IMG/VR virus record: IMGVR_UViG_3300020371_000052
Coordinates: 1-25,010 of that record
Strand: one strand, 5' to 3'
DNA: 25,010 bases
From: a virus
Taxonomy: Duplodnaviria; Caudoviricetes
Shown here: one piece after another, positions 23,901 through 25,010 of the stretch
Position numbering within the stretch: position 1 is the stretch's first letter
Layout: every line of letters starts with the position of its first letter
Made by a program: the position numbers and the translations under genes
The notes under the pieces: generated by a model
Told to the model about the DNA's origin: nothing
What the model saw: the letters and a program-made list of their open reading frames with translations, nothing else
The model's database searches: none

Positions 23901-25010
23901 AATCCAATAAGAATCAAATGCTGGTTCATCTGGGTTGTACTTAGGACGTTGAATTACACCATTAAGTGCAACCATCAAATGCTCGTCTGTTTCAGTTAGA
24001 GAAACTGGTGATCCATCATCATCCCAATACAGTTCAAATTCTGAGGTTTCATTATCAATAAAGTCAGGTAATGACTTGGTAGTTGATGTATCTAAGATCA
24101 TTGCATCATTAATAATATCAGCAAAAGACGATAGGGAAGAAACTACATCTTCACACTCTCCACTAATTAACTGATTATCTGCTATAATGTCATAGTTAGC
24201 ATAAGGAACGAGTCTTGTGTAGTATCCAGGTCTCGTTGGATTCTGACTAGTTGGTTGAATGACATTAGGACCTGTATTAAAAATAGTTTCAACGATATCA
24301 TAATAAGTATTCAGCGCAGATTCTACGCCAGCACAAGTAGGAGATAAGAGATCAACAATTACTTCTGGGTCATTTACAGGAGCAATTGATGTATACGTAC
24401 TACCACTCGTTAGCTCTTGACGCATCGCTTGAACACAAAGTTCAGTAAGAACTTTTTTGTATATTGATTTTGTCTCAACAAACTCACCAACAATATAATT
24501 GAGTTTGCTACCAACAAAGTATAGTTCAGCAAATTCTACTAGTTTTTGGTTTCCGCCAAATCTCAAACTATAAAGGGCAGCATCTAGGAGATAACCAATA
24601 TCTCTACCACACTTTGTAGTTAAGTTGTTTTCGCCTAAAGTTCTGTGTGTTAATTGCAAACCAACTGGTATTCTATCAATAGGACCTTGATTTTCTAACT
24701 CTACAGAAAGTACAGTTCCATTTTCATCATATTCTACTTCTACTGTAGGTAAGTCGGTTGTTATTGTAGGATTGCTTATGACTACCGATGCTGGTACATT
24801 TGGATCATATCCATAACCACCATCAGTAACACTAACTGTTGTTTCTACGGCAAGTTTTACAGTTGCATCCAATTCAATAATCTGATCTTGATTCAAGAGA
24901 GACTTAATATAAACTTCAGTTTGGTTTGGATCTGCAGCCTGCATTCCTTGTCCACCATCAACAATTTCTAGTCGATCGACTCTCTTTCCAAGAGCTACTC
25001 TTGCTTCTCC
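20991..25010 (-). CDS. gp7: C-terminal part of a giant baseplate wedge initiator (gp7-like); 5' end outside window
   Basis: The frame of the 1317-aa track ORF stays open to the window edge (GEARVALGKRVDRLEIVDGGQG before M at 24944), so that ATG is internal. It lies directly upstream of gp8. It has LMVALNGVIQRP/VIVNGVIQKP repeats, GGSGYTEAPKV repeats and an ..IPDTAKF..GKLMVGDEVVYY..FLNVTRG.. unit as in cyanophage gp7. The gp7 name rests mainly on synteny. Confidence 0.8.
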   Translation of the reverse strand, partial: GEARVALGKRVDRLEIVDGGQGMQAADPNQTEVYIKSLLNQDQIIELDATVKLAVETTVSVTDGGYGYDPNVPASVVISNPTITTDLPTVEVEYDENGTVLSVELENQGPIDRIPVGLQLTHRTLGENNLTTKCGRDIGYLLDAALYSLRFGGNQKLVEFAELYFVGSKLNYIVGEFVETKSIYKKVLTELCVQAMRQELTSGSTYTSIAPVNDPEVIVDLLSPTCAGVESALNTYYDIVETIFNTGPNVIQPTSQNPTRPGYYTRLVPYANYDIIADNQLISGECEDVVSSLSSFADIINDAMILDTSTTKSLPDFIDNETSEFELYWDDDGSPVSLTETDEHLMVALNGVIQRPKYNPDEPAFDSYWIDKTVTPNLIKFTAPPIWDQDLSAKTIQEPSQVERLFATNIGNYKRYTIDKSLVNGERVGPFLIVSVDEDKIVNISDSNYVIVIVNGVIQKPITAYEIAGASITFKKYSIREEDVVDIRLCYGRDLESTVTFHDFDTSGYLYDYTLEVNGSGVSARFNGFAVTSDWALTTKDKFYIYQEDSNGVYGIGSIYDWKLVGANQVMIKMYSNNLDYDASRTTYVQTMGATAVSTFTFAATDSLTLTKNYDYLSRTDKSYFAEDVKRTNDLLQRKGFFRLAPGDQVKIEGESRYRTISSVPNEVYTRDNRLDGDAGNDIYGSFGVSSYNGKTLGEGLSVSAVITNGVVTALNWNERIVEEIANADGTTTYKFYRPTAFGYRTPPQLKFIPKDGNGGGARAQVIVAGGEIQGIQLVSGGSGYTEAPKVVVTRKYDVKKQDDIKVSLVKLGVQSVINQGINVISTVDVIQLPPPEQALLTAVVLDSVRNVQDQIEQEIYPESLEDGASVMPEDVPPLYRQHFYYLGPYYAGQAEEAERYIQSFVDVRAEDVISISQMSTDRFIVQTIQRELDNTFLDNAVYRAPGAYLQAPLNIGDHIVYIPDTAKFTSHGKLMVGDEVVYYPRKRSDRFLNVTRGFDNTTEKNWNPGTFIRQIEDFVSLAFGGVTSFTSETIVTNSIPVGKAENKLTRQFVAPATFEMETTVNRVTELQVSVNVESISSISQQVTLDVPAGGNNIVSDFTNFRPVATVDTSVIQVETEVVSALEKASELLFFTPPGGFVDYFIEKIKFSNPILTRINGFVTVLDKSVTQRDGTVIVARNILEEEQTSYIGKYNVGNVGANISSWDYVSKDSGFMPGGGVSIAEFSQLFVSFGIRDLEERGFSNYTLAGEKFNLGIPSFNNPATTTFSSGTIASLGDITVQNTDYFPASGYIFHGSGSNRGVIRYTSKTPTTFNGCTVISGSTTIQSGSDIIPYSID

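Noticed and set aside
24942-24944. ATG at 24944 as the start of the gp7-like gene
   Set aside because: The frame stays open for 22 more codons to the window edge, so the real start is upstream.
24970-24981. 12-bp palindrome agtcgatcgact
   Set aside because: It is a single occurrence in coding sequence, compatible with chance in 25 kb, and is not the HIP1 octamer GCGATCGC.
1-25010. Diversity-generating retroelement, CRISPR array, tRNA or invertible tail-fibre cassette
   Set aside because: I saw no reverse transcriptase or recombinase, no near-identical nucleotide repeats and no intergenic space longer than about 95 nt. The repeats present are diverged protein-level repeats.

Overview
This window is the late structural (baseplate/tail) module of a T4-like marine cyanomyovirus, probably a Synechococcus/Prochlorococcus phage of Kyanoviridae type. 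All real genes are on the minus strand. In transcription order they are: the 3' part of a giant gp7-like baseplate wedge initiator (runs in from the right edge), gp8 baseplate wedge, an intrinsic terminator, a 2748-aa VrlC/DUF4815 virion protein, a 72-aa coiled-coil protein, a 1613-aa modular fibre-like protein, a 166-aa protein, and a >=1728-aa beta-helix tail/structural protein starting at 5185. That last gene runs off the left edge and is missing from the ORF track. T4 late-promoter motifs (TATAAATA/ATAAATA/CTAAATA) lie upstream of most genes, and two sit inside coding sequence. The most striking observation is that two virion proteins carry alpha-helical domains that align by eye with phycobiliproteins: two tandem copies in the 5185 ORF and at least one in gp7. 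The match includes the helix-E KCxRD bilin-attachment motif and a second Cys placed like the beta-subunit Cys153/155. The 1613-aa protein also has cupredoxin-like domains with His..Cys-x2-His-x2-Met ligands. These assignments come from manual motif comparison with reference sequences recalled from memory and need HMM or structure confirmation.
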